Assembly: GCA_963843575.1 (NCBI GenBank)
Contig: CAWJKZ010000017.1
Coordinates: 1 to 64,000, forward strand
Reading direction: 5' to 3'
Origin: an uncultured Acidobacteriota bacterium
GTDB lineage: Bacteria > Acidobacteriota > UBA6911
DNA: 64,000 nt
Of the stretch, positions 42,494 through 53,959 are shown one piece after another. Each line of letters starts with the position of its first letter. Positions within the stretch are counted from its first letter, which is position 1. The notes beneath the pieces are model-generated. The model was not told the DNA's origin. It worked only from the letters and a program-made list of their open reading frames with translations, and did not search any database. The position numbers and the translations under genes are program-made.

Positions 42494-44621
42494 ATGAAAC
42501 GTCACCTGAACACGTGCCTGATCGCCGCCCTGGGCTTCATGTCGGCCGCCCTGTCGGTCGCGCAGCAGCCGCCCGCCCCCGGTCGCCCCGCGCATCGAAC
42601 ACAAGAACGTCTGGCACGGCGAGACCGTGGTCGACCCATACTTCTGGCTGCGGGAGAAGGCCAACCCCGAAGTGGCGAAGTACCTCGAGGCGGAGAACGC
42701 ATACACGCAGGCGATGACCAAGACGCTCGTGCCTTTCCAGGACTCTCTTTACAAAGAGATGCTCGGGCGCATCAAACAGACCGACCTGAGCGTCCCGGTG
42801 CGAAACGGGAAGTTCTACTATTACTCCCGCACCGAGGAGGGGAAGCAGTACCCGATCTACTGCCGCAAGGCCGCGGCTCCGGACGGCTCGCTCGATTCCC
42901 ACGCCGCCGAGATTGTCATGCTGGACCAGAACGAGATGGCCCAGGGCCTCCCGTTCCTGAACATAGGAAACGTCCGGATCAGCGACGACGACAATCTCCT
43001 GGCCTACACTACCGACACGACCGGCTTCCGGCAGTACGAACTTCACGTGAAGGACATCCGAAACGGCCGGATCCTGCCGGACACGGCCGAAAGGGTCACG
43101 ACGGCGGCCTGGGCGGGCGACAACCAGACGCTCTTCTTCGTCACCGAGGACAAGGTCACGAAACGCCCCAACCAGCTGTGGCGCCTGGGGCTCGGGGGGA
43201 CTGCCCTGCTGCTGTACGAGGAGAAGGACGAGCTCTACGAGATCGGCGTCGACCGGACCAAGGACAGGAAATACCTCCTGCTCGTGGCCGAGAGCACCGA
43301 CACCTGGGAGACCAGGTACCTGGATTCCGGCACCCCATCCGGTGATTTCACAATCGTCCTGCCGCGGGAAAAAGGGCACAAATACAGCGTCGAACACCGG
43401 GAGGGACTCTTCTACATCCGCACCAACAAGGGCGCCAGAAACTTCAGGGTCGTGACGGCGCCGGTTTCCAATCCCGGTGCCCCCGGCTGGAGGGAGTTCA
43501 TCCCGCACCGCGCGGACGTGCTCGTGCAGTCGCTGGAAATCTTCAAGGACTTCGCGGTCGCGCACGAACAGTCGCAGGCGCTGAACCGTTTTCGTGTGTT
43601 CAGCTTCAAGGGCTCGGCGTGGCACGGCGTGAGGTTTCCCGAAAAGGTGTACTCCGCCTCCGGTAGCGACACGCCGGAGTTCGGCAGCGCCACGTTTAGG
43701 TTCAGCTACGAGTCGCTGGTCACACCCTCCAGTGTCTTCGAATACGACATGGCCGGCCGAACCCGGAGGCTCCTGAAGCGGCAGGAGGTGCTCGGGGGGT
43801 ACGATCCTGCGCGCTATCGGACCGAGCGACTGTGGGCGACGGCGCGCGACGGTGTGAAGGTGCCGATTTCCATCGTGTACAAGAGAGGGTTCAAGCGGGA
43901 CGGCTCGGCTCCCCTGTTCCTGTATGCCTATGGTTCGTACGGCTATGGTACCCCGGCGGATTTTTCGAGCAGCAGGCTGAGCCTGCTGGACCGCGGTCTG
44001 GCCTACGCCGTCGCCCACATCCGCGGCGGGGACGAGATGGGCGAAGCGTGGCACGACGACGGCATGCTGATGAAGAAGAAGAACACGTTCACCGATTTCA
44101 TCGACGCCGCGGAGTTCCTGATCGCCAGGAAATGGACCTCGAAGGATCGGCTCGTGATCGAAGGGGGGAGCGCGGGCGGTCTTCTGATGGGCGCCGTCAC
44201 CAACATGCGCCCCGACCTATTCAAGGCGGTCCACGCCGCGGTCCCGTTCACGGACGTCATCAATACCATGATGGACGCGACGCTCCCGCTCACGGTGGGC
44301 GAGTACCTCGAGTGGGGCAATCCCAACGAGAAGGCCGCGTACGACTACATGAAATCCTACAGCCCGTACGACAACCTGGAGAAAAAGGCGTACCCGGCGA
44401 TCCTGGTGACCACGAGCTTCAACGACAGCCAGGTCATGTATTGGGAACCGGCCAAGTACGTAGCCAGGCTGCGCACGCTCAAGACCGACGGAAACGAGCT
44501 CTTGCTGAAGTGCAAGATGGAGCCTGCCGGCCACGGCGGCGCCTCCGGCCGCTACGACAGGCTGAAGGACACCGCTTTCGAGTACGCCTGGTTCCTCAAC
44601 CAGCTCGGCATCCGGAAGTGA
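42494..44621 (+). CDS. ptrB: Oligopeptidase B (S9A), frameshift near 42585 between signal peptide and mature part
   Basis: DPYFWLR, YAYGSYG, GGSAGG, NDSQV, AGHGG. Confidence 0.92.
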
Positions 44622-44650
44622 AACGGGGCGCACCGTGTGATTCTTACCAA

Positions 44651-44829
44651 AAAACAAGTGGGTTCGGGCTTCAGCCCGGACGCTGTTTGCGGTCGCTAGA
44701 ACGTGCGCCCGTCGCCAAATAGATCAGATCAAAAGACGTCCGGGCTGAAGCCCGGACCCACTTGTTTTGCGGGCAGGGCGGGCGGTTCAATCGTTGGACA
44801 GCCTCTAAAGCCCGGACCCACTTGTCTTT
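44651..44829. repeat. REPIN-like cluster, family C (GTGGGTCCGGGCTTCAGCCCGGAC)
   Basis: 32-bp inverted pair 44651-44682 / 44737-44768 with one mismatch, plus partial copy ~44807-44829. Confidence 0.85.
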
Positions 44830-44938
44830 GCGGAAACCGTTTTTTGCGGAAAACTGTAGCCCGTGCCTCGCGTCCCCTTGCCCTCGTCTCCGCCGGGGAG
44901 CATTCTTAGCCTTGGGAATTCGGAAGGGAGAAAGCCAT

Positions 44939-45559
44939 TTGAAAGCACTCCGATTCACCGTCACCGCATCGCTGCTCCTGACGTTTTTCGCCGCCTGCGC
45001 GGAGGCGCAGGGGCGCATCGACGCTTACTTCGGCCTAGGCACTGCCAGGGTGGGGTCAACCGATCAGCTGATCGACATCGGAACCGGCATCGCACTCCCT
45101 ACCCCTTCGATGGGCGGCGTCTTCGGTACCGTCGGAGGCGGCGTCATGCTCACTCCCAGCCTCGGAGTGGGGGCGGAGGTGGCGTTTCGTTTCGCCAAGG
45201 ATGACTACGCGGGGCTGCAGTACCGACCGGTTTTCTACGACTTCAACGGGATCTTCACGCCGAAGCTGGGTGGCGACCGGATCATGCCGGAATTCCAGGC
45301 CGGGCTGGGCGGAACCAGCCTGCGCTTTTACGGCGGAGGGGCATTGTCCTGCGACTATTACGGGCAGTGCAGCGACTTCGCCGGGAGCAGCAATCATTTA
45401 CAGCTTCACGCGGGCATCGGGCTCCGGGTTTACGTGAAGGAGAACATCTTCATTCGCCCCCAGTTGGATTATCACTGGGTGCACGGCCTCACCGACGAAT
45501 TCAAGAGCAACTCGGTGCCGGCATTCAGCATCGCCATCGGGGTGAGTTCGACCCGCTGA
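44939..45559 (+). CDS. Outer-membrane beta-barrel protein
   Basis: Signal peptide, amphipathic strands, FIRPQLDY. Confidence 0.75.
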   Translation: MKALRFTVTASLLLTFFAACAEAQGRIDAYFGLGTARVGSTDQLIDIGTGIALPTPSMGGVFGTVGGGVMLTPSLGVGAEVAFRFAKDDYAGLQYRPVFYDFNGIFTPKLGGDRIMPEFQAGLGGTSLRFYGGGALSCDYYGQCSDFAGSSNHLQLHAGIGLRVYVKENIFIRPQLDYHWVHGLTDEFKSNSVPAFSIAIGVSSTR

Positions 45560-45567
45560 CTGCCCGT

Positions 45568-47084
45568 CTATCGGCCAAGCACCACGCGCCGGCCGTCGTA
45601 GGCCGGGTAGACCGTCCCTTTGCCGCGGATGTACTCCGCGAGGACTTCCATCCGGACCCTGCCGCTGTCCTGAACGGCGAGGCCCTTCAACGCCTGGCCG
45701 GCGAAGTACGAGTTGGTGACACCGCTGTAGGTGCGGTTCTCTTCGACAGGCTTGCCGCCGATGGTGGCCTCCGTCAGTGCGCCTTGTTGAATCCGGTAAC
45801 GGATACCCGACACCGAGGGCGCGTACTTCTTGAGCAGCGCGAGGATATCGCGGCCCGCAGCCTTGAAGGTCACGACCGTGTTGCTGAACGGGTCGAGCGT
45901 GACCAGGTCCCCGCGTGTGATGTCACCGCGCAGCAGGGGAGCCCGGATTCCCCCGAGGTTTCCCATGGCAAAATCGCTCCCGGTCGTCTCGCGCAGGGCG
46001 TCGTCGACGAGGTGGTACTCGGCCAGGTCGATCCCGCGGCTGCTGAACTCGCCCGTCGCTTGGCCCAGCATCTCGCCATACCGCGGGGCGATCGTCCGCC
46101 AGAATTTCTGCACGACGGCGGCGACGCCCGGATCCTCCGGGATCTCGGATGTGATCGGGAGGAGCCGCGATCGGTATCGGTCGACGCGCCAGGAGCCCTT
46201 GTCGTTGCGGGTGAAGAGCAGATCGAGCCTTCCGAGTTCGCCTCCCCACTGGTGCGCCTGGACGAGAACGGTGCCGTTGACATCGGTCGCGAGGAGGTCT
46301 TCCGAATGCCAGACCAGGTTGCCCGGACGGAAGCCGGGAGTGGGAGTGCCCCCCGACGATGACGTCGATCTCGGGGATCTGCGGCGCCGAGCTTCTCGTC
46401 CGCGCGCTCCCCCGCGTGGGATATCGCGAGGATGATGTCCACCTTGGGATGCAGCTCCGCAACGATCTGCCGCGCCGCCGCAAACTCGTCGGCGACATCG
46501 ATGCCCTCCTTCCCCGCCCGGTAGGTCGCCGACTCCTGCGTCAGCAGGCCGAAGATCCCGACCTTGATGCCGCCGACCGTCCTGATGACATACGGGCGCC
46601 ACCAGGGGCCGCCCGGTCTCCCGGTCGAAGGCGTTGGCGCACACGAGCTGATACCGGTGAGCGAGACCAGCTTTTCTCAAGTTGCGCCGCCGGGTAGTTG
46701 AATTCGTGGTTGCCGAAGGTGCCGAAGTCGTAACCGGTCGCGTTCATGGCGGCGACGTCCGCCTCGCCCTGGTACTCGATGGAAAACGGCGTCCCGTCGG
46801 AGTAGTCGCCGGCGTCGACCAACCACACCGTCGTGCCGCGCTGGCGCAATTGATCACGGATCTGCTTGACGAGCGTCGCCCGGCGGGCGATCCCCCCGAT
46901 ATTCCTGTGTTCCCGCAGTCCCTGGATCTCGGCGCCCGACGAATCCGGGTAGCTGAACGGCCGCAGGTGGCTGTGGGTGTCGTTGGTGTGCAGGATCGTC
47001 AGGGCGACCGGCCTCGTCGGACGCGCTCAGGATGGCACACAGGCAGAGTGCGAGTGCGGCGATGAAACACAATCGGCTCTTCAC
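45568..47084 (-). CDS. Secreted 5'-nucleotidase/metallophosphatase with several frameshifts
   Basis: HTNDTH, DAGD, GNHEF, GGHSH, NLGGIRA, PFSN spread over different frames. Confidence 0.85.
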
Positions 47085-47207
47085 AACAGGACCTCGCGGC
47101 AAAACGTGAGCCGACATCGTACCAAATGGACCGGGAGATTCAACGCCTGTCGGCGAGGTCGGGCCTCGCAGCCATCTTGAATTGCAGGCGAGGAAAGGCA
47201 ATAAAAA

Positions 47208-47250
47208 CCAGTCACCCAAGACACAGAAAGAAACGGAAGGACACGGAAAT
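47208..47250 (+). repeat. Periodic CACGGAA-type repeat, family D
   Basis: ACCAGTCACCCAAGACACAGAAAGAAACGGAAGGACACGGAA; related copy on minus strand at 62829-62876. Confidence 0.7.
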
Positions 47251-47314
47251 CGGAGCCCGGGCTTGAAGTTCAGGTTACAATCCATTGAGCACGATTTTTC
47301 CAAGGAGCACACTC

Positions 47315-47623
47315 GTGAAACTTCCCGGCAATCTCCAGCAGATGATGCAGCAGGCGCAAAAAATGCAGGAGGCCCTGCAGCAGGAAATCGAAAAAATCAA
47401 AGTGACCGCCAGTGTCGGCGGGGGCATGGTTTCGGTGGAGATGGACGGCAAGAAGAACCTGTTGAGCGTCCAAATCGACCCTGAGGTCGCGGGCGACGTC
47501 GAAGCGCTGCAGGAACTGGTCCTGTCCGCCGTGCGCGAGGCCTCCAGGAAGGCGGAAGAGGAAATCCAGTTGAAGATGCAGGAGAAGATGGGTGGCCTGG
47601 GCCTCCCGCCCGGGCTGTTCTGA
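47315..47623 (+). CDS. ybaB: YbaB/EbfC nucleoid-associated protein
   Basis: MMQQAQKMQ, SVGGGMV, IDPE, LQELVLSA. Confidence 0.92.
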   Translation: MKLPGNLQQMMQQAQKMQEALQQEIEKIKVTASVGGGMVSVEMDGKKNLLSVQIDPEVAGDVEALQELVLSAVREASRKAEEEIQLKMQEKMGGLGLPPGLF

Positions 47624-47995
47624 TTCCCACGGATGTGCTGGAAACGAGTCATTCAGCGGCGCTCCCCATGAAAGACCGGTCACCGAAACCGCCGGGTGCC
47701 CGAGCACGCGTCCGCGTGGATCAGGGGACGCGACGGTAGTTCTCCAACTCCCATAGGTGGACCGGCCCACGCCCTGCGATTCACATCCCGCAGACCGAGC
47801 CGCACGCGTCTCTAAAACTATTTCTAACCAAACGAGGGCCTGCGGGCCTACAATACCCGTCATCCGAGCCTTGGCGGTCAGACGCAGCGCACAGTCACTG
47901 GAGCGCGAGCGTGTTTCTCTCGATAGATCCGAACCGCACTCCTTCTTCGGCGTCACGACGTCCACTTCATCAAATCTTCCCACGGAGGCTGCAAA

Positions 47996-49543
47996 ATGGA
48001 ATCGAAACAAGGTATAGATCGCCGCAAGTTTCTGGAGTCTGCGGCCGTGCCTCTTGCCTTCACCATCGTCCCGAGACACGTGCTGGGGGGGCGCGGGCAT
48101 GTCGCCCCGAGCGACAAACTCACGCTCGGCTACATCGGCTGCGGCACCCAGGGCTTCAGGGAACTTTTCCGCCTGGTGGCCCACCCGGAGGTCCAGATCG
48201 TCGCGGTCTGCGATCCGGAGAAGGACAACACCAACTATGTGGAATGGGCTAAGAACGATCTGCGCAACAGCATCCGGAAGCTTCTGGACAAACCCAGTTG
48301 GGGTGAGGGCGTCCAGGGGGTCCGATGCGGCCGGGACGTGGCCAAGGAGATCATCGAAAGCTACTATGCCCAGAAAAGGGCCACCGAGCAGTTCAAGGCC
48401 TGCAGTAGCTACGCGGACTACCGGGAACTGCTGGACAAGGAAAAGGACCTCGACGCGGTAAAAGTCGTCACGCCCGATCATCACCATGCCAGCATTTCGA
48501 TCGCAGCCATGATGAAGGGGAAGCACGTGATCTGTCAGAAGCCGATCGCCAACAGGCTGGCCGAAGTACGGATGATGGTCGAAACTGCTCGGAAAACCGG
48601 GGTCGCGACGCACTGCTCGGCGTGGCGCAGCGGCCAGGACATCGAGGCGGTGAGGGGGATGATCCGCGACGGCGCCATCGGCACCCTCAAAGAAGTCCAC
48701 AACTGGACGGATCGGCCGTTCTGGCCGCAGTATCAGACGCTCCCGACCGACAAGCCGGCGGTGCCCAAGACTTTCGACTGGAACCTCTGGCTCGGTCCCG
48801 CGCTCGACCGCCCCTACCACCCGCATTACACCCACACCGTGTTCCGCGGCTGGTACGACTTCGGCGGAGGAAGCATCGCGGACATGGGCAATTACAGCCT
48901 CTGGCCGATTTTCATGACGCTCGACCTGCCGGTCCCGAACAACGTCGAGGCCCTCGTGAGTTCCTGGGTCGAGATCAACGACCAGATCAGCGAGGTGAAG
49001 ATGAACGACTTCTCCTTCCCGATTGCCTGCCAGGTCTGTTTCAGGTTCCCGTCCCGGGACGACAGGCCCATGCCGACCCTGTACTGGTATGACGGCGGCT
49101 TCCGGCCCTACACGCCCGAGGCGCTGCGCGGCGTGGAGAAAAAACCGAACCTCGCCACCGGGACTATGTACGTCGGCGACAAGGGAATCATTCTCGGCAA
49201 CCAGATCTTCCCCGAAAAGCGCAGGGCGGAGTACATGGCGGGCAGGACAGCACCCAAATCCGGGGCACCCCAGGCGGATGCGCGACGAGGAGACGGCGAG
49301 TGGATTACAGCCTTCAAAGGCGGACCTCCGTCGGCCGGCAACTTCCTCAACGCGGCCAACTGCTCGGAAACGATTGCGTTGGGCGGCGCCGCCATCCGGA
49401 TCGCCCGCAAGAACTTCAATGAGAGCCGTACGACGGGCCCGTTGGAGTACGACGCCCAAACCATGCGTTTCACCAACATGCCCGAGGCGAACCCCTACCT
49501 CGTGCGCGAATACAGAAAAGGCTGGGAACTCGGACGGTCGTAA
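47996..49543 (+). CDS. Tat-exported Gfo/Idh/MocA oxidoreductase
   Basis: DRRKFL, GYIGCG, TPDHHHA, CQKP, WYDFGGG, REYRKGW. Confidence 0.9.
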   Translation: MESKQGIDRRKFLESAAVPLAFTIVPRHVLGGRGHVAPSDKLTLGYIGCGTQGFRELFRLVAHPEVQIVAVCDPEKDNTNYVEWAKNDLRNSIRKLLDKPSWGEGVQGVRCGRDVAKEIIESYYAQKRATEQFKACSSYADYRELLDKEKDLDAVKVVTPDHHHASISIAAMMKGKHVICQKPIANRLAEVRMMVETARKTGVATHCSAWRSGQDIEAVRGMIRDGAIGTLKEVHNWTDRPFWPQYQTLPTDKPAVPKTFDWNLWLGPALDRPYHPHYTHTVFRGWYDFGGGSIADMGNYSLWPIFMTLDLPVPNNVEALVSSWVEINDQISEVKMNDFSFPIACQVCFRFPSRDDRPMPTLYWYDGGFRPYTPEALRGVEKKPNLATGTMYVGDKGIILGNQIFPEKRRAEYMAGRTAPKSGAPQADARRGDGEWITAFKGGPPSAGNFLNAANCSETIALGGAAIRIARKNFNESRTTGPLEYDAQTMRFTNMPEANPYLVREYRKGWELGRS

Positions 49544-49569
49544 TGGGGCCGGCGCCCCAACATCATAGG

Positions 49570-50699
49570 AGGGGCAGCCCGGCTACCCGGCGGGCCGGCT
49601 CGTTTTCAACCGCAACATGACCGGCCGGGATCCGTTGACCAGCAGCTCCAGCCAGGGTAACGGTCTCGCCACGATGTTGCTCGGCTGGGGAAGCAGCGGA
49701 GAGATGGACATCGACTACCCGACCGCCACCTCGTCGGGCTACTTCGGCGTCTATGTTCAGGACGACTGGAGAGTCAGCTCCAAGCTCACCCTGAACCTCG
49801 GGTTCCGCTACGATTTCGACATCCCGCGCACGGAGCGCTTCGACCGGCTGAACTGGTTCGACTTCAATGCGGTTTCCCCGCTGGCGGGCAAGGTGCCGGG
49901 GTATCCCAACCTGAAAGGCCTGATGCGTTACGCCGACAGCTCCCAGCGCACCCCGTATGACGGCGATTACAACAACATCCAGCCGCGCATCGGCATCGCT
50001 TACGCTCTCGGCAAGAAGATGTCCGTGCGCGCGGGGTACGGGATCTACTACTCGGTCTCGCGCGCTTCGATCAAGGGCGAAATCGGGTCCGCCTTCCGGT
50101 CCGGTTCCAGCTTACAGTTCAGCCGCGACAGCAACTTCACCCAGTATGCGACCCTGCAAAACCCGTTTCCGACCGGCCTGACCATGCCGCCGGGCCCGAC
50201 CAAGGATCCGCTGTCGTACATCGGCCTCGGTTTCGACTCCTACGACCCCAAGACCGTCAACCCGCAGATCCTCACTTTCAGTGCCGGCTACCCGATCGTC
50301 CCCCAACTGGACTCCCCGGATCTGCTGTCGGGAGACCAGCGGCCAAACATCGTCGGCGACCCGCGCACCACTGGCTCGCCGAGCCAACGCATCAACCAGT
50401 ACTTCAATGTCGATGCCTTCTCGCAACCGGATACCGATGTGTACGGCAATGCCCCACGGACGCTGCCCAATTACCGCACTTTCGGAGTCCGTAACGGCGA
50501 CCTGACCTTGATGAAGAACTTCCGGTTCACGGAAAGCAAGTATGCCCAGTTCCGGATCGAGGCGTTCAACATGACGAACACCCCGATCTTTGGAAGACCA
50601 AACGAGGCATACGGCAGCGACACATTCGGGCAGATAACTGGTTACGCCTCTGGTTGTGGCCCACGTCAGCTTCAGCTGGCGATTAAGTTCTACTACTGA
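49570..50699 (+). pseudogene. Truncated TonB-dependent receptor (C-terminal pieces only)
   Basis: YVQDDWRV..KLTLNLGFRYD, NIQPRIG, QFRIEAFN, RQLQLAIKFYY; no N-terminus, internal deletion near 50265. Confidence 0.8.
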
Positions 50700-50711
50700 C
50701 CTCCGGGAAAA

Positions 50712-50794
50712 GTGGGCAGCGGCGGCTCGCCGCGGCCCACTAAGCCGATTGACTGAACCTGGTCCACGGGCAGCGGCGAGCCGCCGCTGCCCAC
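50712..50794. repeat. Inverted pair of family A REPs (REPIN-like)
   Basis: GTGGGCAGCGGCGGCTCGCCGCGGCCC ... GGGCAGCGGCGAGCCGCCGCTGCCCAC. Confidence 0.85.
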
Positions 50795-50809
50795 TTCCCT
50801 GGACGCGCC

Positions 50810-51697
50810 ATGTTGCAGATAAGACTGCTGTTCCTCTCCGCCGCCGTTTTTGCCGCCTCCTCCCTCGTTTCGCAGTCGAAGGACCCACCGCGGCCCGGCG
50901 TCAAGTTTGCCGGCGCCCGTTCGTCCGCCTACGGCATCAGGCCTTTCCCATCGACCGAAGGCTGGACCAACGGCCTTAAGACGATGGCATCCTACTTCCC
51001 GGGATCGACCCCCGTCGCGGTCTGGATCGTCGGCCGGCTGCACGGCGCCAGCAAGGGCATGTCGCTCGAGTTCCCGCGTCCCGACGACGGCGCGGATTAC
51101 GGGCCCTCCATCAACTTCGCCGACACCGACAAGCACGAGCCTTTCCTCACCGCGTTTGACGCCAGCGGCATCAAGGTGTTTCTCCAGATCGAACCGGGCT
51201 TCGCCGACGTCGAAACCGGCATCGACTTGGTCCTCAAGCGTTACAAGCACCACCCGAGCGTCGTCGGGTTCGGCATCGACGTGGAGTGGTACAAAAACGC
51301 CAGGACCGACAGCCCCAACGCGGTCGTCACGGACGATCTGGCCAAAGCCTGGGAGACCAGGGTGAAGTCGCACAATCCGAACTACCGCCTTTTCGTCAAA
51401 CACTTCCGCAAGGAAGACCTGCCTCCTAGGTACCGGGGGGACGTGGTGTTTGTCGACGACAGCCAGCAGTTCACCGGGCTCGATAGCTTCCTGTCGGAAT
51501 TCAAGGAGTTCGCGGACTGGTTCTATCCGAACACGGTCATGTATCAGATCGGATACCGTGCGGACAAGAAATGGTGGGGCGGCATCGAGGCGCCGATTCC
51601 GAAAACGATGGGCGAGAAACTGGCCGCGCAGACGCGGCAGGATTGCGGCATCGTCTGGGTGGATTTCACCCTCAGGGATGTCGTCGATGTGAATTAG
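50810..51697 (+). CDS. Secreted hypothetical protein, possible TIM-barrel glycoside hydrolase-like
   Basis: Signal peptide; GFGIDVEWY. Confidence 0.7.
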   Translation: MLQIRLLFLSAAVFAASSLVSQSKDPPRPGVKFAGARSSAYGIRPFPSTEGWTNGLKTMASYFPGSTPVAVWIVGRLHGASKGMSLEFPRPDDGADYGPSINFADTDKHEPFLTAFDASGIKVFLQIEPGFADVETGIDLVLKRYKHHPSVVGFGIDVEWYKNARTDSPNAVVTDDLAKAWETRVKSHNPNYRLFVKHFRKEDLPPRYRGDVVFVDDSQQFTGLDSFLSEFKEFADWFYPNTVMYQIGYRADKKWWGGIEAPIPKTMGEKLAAQTRQDCGIVWVDFTLRDVVDVN

Positions 51698-51705
51698 CCT
51701 GCAGC

Positions 51706-51739
51706 CCCTGGAGGTGAGCTCCGCGGCTCACCTCCAGGG
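51706..51739. terminator. 14-bp perfect hairpin between convergent genes (family B related)
   Basis: CCCTGGAGGTGAGC / GCTCACCTCCAGGG. Confidence 0.65.
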
Positions 51740-51753
51740 CTCGAAGCACGGCG

Positions 51754-52632
51754 TCAGACACGCTTCAGGTTGGCCAGCGCTTCCTTGGCCCACGTGGCGT
51801 ATTCCGGGCGCTGCTGCAGGTTCTCGACCCGGAAGATCCTCAGGCCGCAGAGCTTCCCCTCATTGATGTCCTTAACGAAGAAGTCCAGTAGCTGCTTGTA
51901 TTCCTGCTCACTCAGCCAGCGGCGTTCGCTCCCCGCATTCAGGTAAACCGATCCCATCAGGGGCTTCCCCTCGAACTTCTTCAAACCCTGGTCGAGGAGC
52001 TTCGCGTGGTCCTGCAGCACTTTCGTGTTGTAGAAACTGAAGATGATCGCATCGATATCGTAATCGAAGTTTCGTTCCAGTTCCTTGGGCGGGTAGCAGG
52101 GAACCCAGATCGGCAGTTTCGGGTTGATCGATTTGGCCTTGGCGATGATCTGCCGGAACTCCTTTTCGGAGTGCCCGCCCTTCTGCACTTCATCCATCTC
52201 CTCGATGAAGTCGTTGAGGTACAGGCCGATGATCTCGGGGTGGCTCCGGGAGAGGTCGGCGATCCACTCGGCGTGTGCCATGGCCTGATCGAACTTCCAG
52301 CCCCAGATACCCCGTTCGATCTTGGCGATGACATACTTCACGCCCGGCGTGCGGCTGTGCGTGTACATCAGGGTTTCTTCGAACTTCTGGCCCGTGTAGG
52401 GCTTGTCGTGTGTCCAGACGGTGTTGAACCCGACCTCTCTGATGGTAGGGGCGATGTCTACTTTCGCGCTGTGCTCCCAGACGGAAATCAAGGGCTCCGA
52501 CGGGATCTTGGCCAATTGGGGCGCGACCGCAGAGCGCTCGGAACGGCAGAGTGGCGCCATGAGGGCGCCGCCCGCAATTTGCAGGACGCTGCGCCTGCTG
52601 AGGAATTTCTGCGCGCGGTCGGATGAGTTCAT
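51754..52632 (-). CDS. Tat-signal hypothetical protein
   Basis: GAGG RBS, SRRSVL, IGLYLNDF. Confidence 0.72.
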   Translation of the reverse strand: MNSSDRAQKFLSRRSVLQIAGGALMAPLCRSERSAVAPQLAKIPSEPLISVWEHSAKVDIAPTIREVGFNTVWTHDKPYTGQKFEETLMYTHSRTPGVKYVIAKIERGIWGWKFDQAMAHAEWIADLSRSHPEIIGLYLNDFIEEMDEVQKGGHSEKEFRQIIAKAKSINPKLPIWVPCYPPKELERNFDYDIDAIIFSFYNTKVLQDHAKLLDQGLKKFEGKPLMGSVYLNAGSERRWLSEQEYKQLLDFFVKDINEGKLCGLRIFRVENLQQRPEYATWAKEALANLKRV

Positions 52633-52785
52633 AAATAGCCTCTCCTTGGTTCGATTCGGGTCACTTGGGCGGGAGTGAAGAGCCACAACCCGCCGGGTTC
52701 GGGCGACCCGAGTATACACCCGGGACGCACTAGGGACGCCGGCCCGCAGGTTGCGCTTGGTTCGGCATCCCTCCGTAGCAGGCTC

Positions 52786-52867
52786 TTCTGAGGTTCTTCG
52801 AGTGCTTCGAGAAGTCTTGGAGGTGAGTTCTGGAAACCCACCTCCAAGACTCCAGGGCACCTCAAAA
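52786..52867. repeat. Family B palindrome
   Basis: AGTCTTGGAGGTG-loop-CACCTCCAAGACT with flanking CTTCGAG units. Confidence 0.75.
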
Positions 52868-52936
52868 CTCGCGGCCGACCGCCGGCGGGGCCCGCGTTTT
52901 CGTGGTCAGGCGCGATTCGGGCCGGTATGATGGTTA

Positions 52937-53902
52937 GTGTTTCGCGCGCTGCCGCGGAGTGTCGTGATGTCTGTCGCCGTCGTGATTGTTCTCTCGTTGT
53001 GCGGTTTCCTGCAGGGGGCCCAGCTGCCGGCCCCGAAACCTGCTCCTGCCGAGGTGAGGCCTGAAGTCATACCCTATCTGCACGCGAGATCTGTCGTCGA
53101 TTTCTCCAGGCAGGAACTTGTCGCGCTGATGCCCGAGCTGAAAACCCTGGAGTTCACCGACTCGCAGCAGGAGCTTGCCACCCTGCTGGAGAAGTCGGGA
53201 GCCAACGTGGAGGCATTTTTCAGGGACTTCCCGAACACGAGCGCCCTGGAAAACGTGAATTACGAAAGGGAGGCGCCGGGACGCACCGATGGGCAGTACC
53301 TGAAGCGGCGCTACCACTACATCATCACCGCCCCCACAAGCCCGGACGAGCTCGCCTTCGAGGAGTTCCGAACCGACCTGAAAGACGAGTCGCTCAATCC
53401 CGACGAACTGAAGGGCGCCTACCTGCTCACGTCCGGGCACGCGAGCTCCCCGATTTACTTTCACCCGAGGGCCAGGCCGGGGTGCGCCTTCCGTTATCTG
53501 GGCCGCGACAGAAGCGGCCGTCGCGCCCACGCGGTGGCTTTCGCGCAGAACGCGGAGGTTGCGCAGACTACCGGGTCCATCAACCTGCTCGGAACCGAAG
53601 TGCTGCTCTATGTCCAGGGGGTGGCCTGGATCGACCCCGACAGCTTCCAGATCCTGAAAATGCGCCTGGATCTGCTGGTGCCGCGCACGGACGTCGGGCT
53701 CGAGCAGCACACCACCTGGATAGAATTCGAGGAGGTTAGATTCGACAACGCTTCCCGGACCCTCTGGCTCCCCCGCGAGGTGCGGATTCTTATCGTCTGG
53801 AAAGGTTGGAGGTTCGCGAACCGGCACGGCTACAGCCAGTACCGGCTCTTTTCGGTGGAAAGCCGCGACGGCGACAAGCAGATCCTCCGCCCGAAGCCGT
53901 GA
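52937..53902 (+). CDS. Secreted hypothetical protein (acidobacterial type)
   Basis: Signal peptide; QGVAWIDP..FQILKMRLDLL, WLPREV. Confidence 0.7.
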   Translation: MFRALPRSVVMSVAVVIVLSLCGFLQGAQLPAPKPAPAEVRPEVIPYLHARSVVDFSRQELVALMPELKTLEFTDSQQELATLLEKSGANVEAFFRDFPNTSALENVNYEREAPGRTDGQYLKRRYHYIITAPTSPDELAFEEFRTDLKDESLNPDELKGAYLLTSGHASSPIYFHPRARPGCAFRYLGRDRSGRRAHAVAFAQNAEVAQTTGSINLLGTEVLLYVQGVAWIDPDSFQILKMRLDLLVPRTDVGLEQHTTWIEFEEVRFDNASRTLWLPREVRILIVWKGWRFANRHGYSQYRLFSVESRDGDKQILRPKP

Positions 53903-53959
53903 CGCCGTGTGCCCGGGAGGACGCTCGAAACAGCCGGCCGGCGGGGATTGGAGAGTGCG

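Noticed and set aside
44651-44829. CRISPR mini-array
   Set aside because: Repeats are inverted and irregularly spaced; no cas genes
45568-47084. 5'-nucleotidase as a true pseudogene or phase-variable gene
   Set aside because: Catalytic motifs are intact and breaks are single-base indels outside simple-sequence tracts; cannot be told from assembly error
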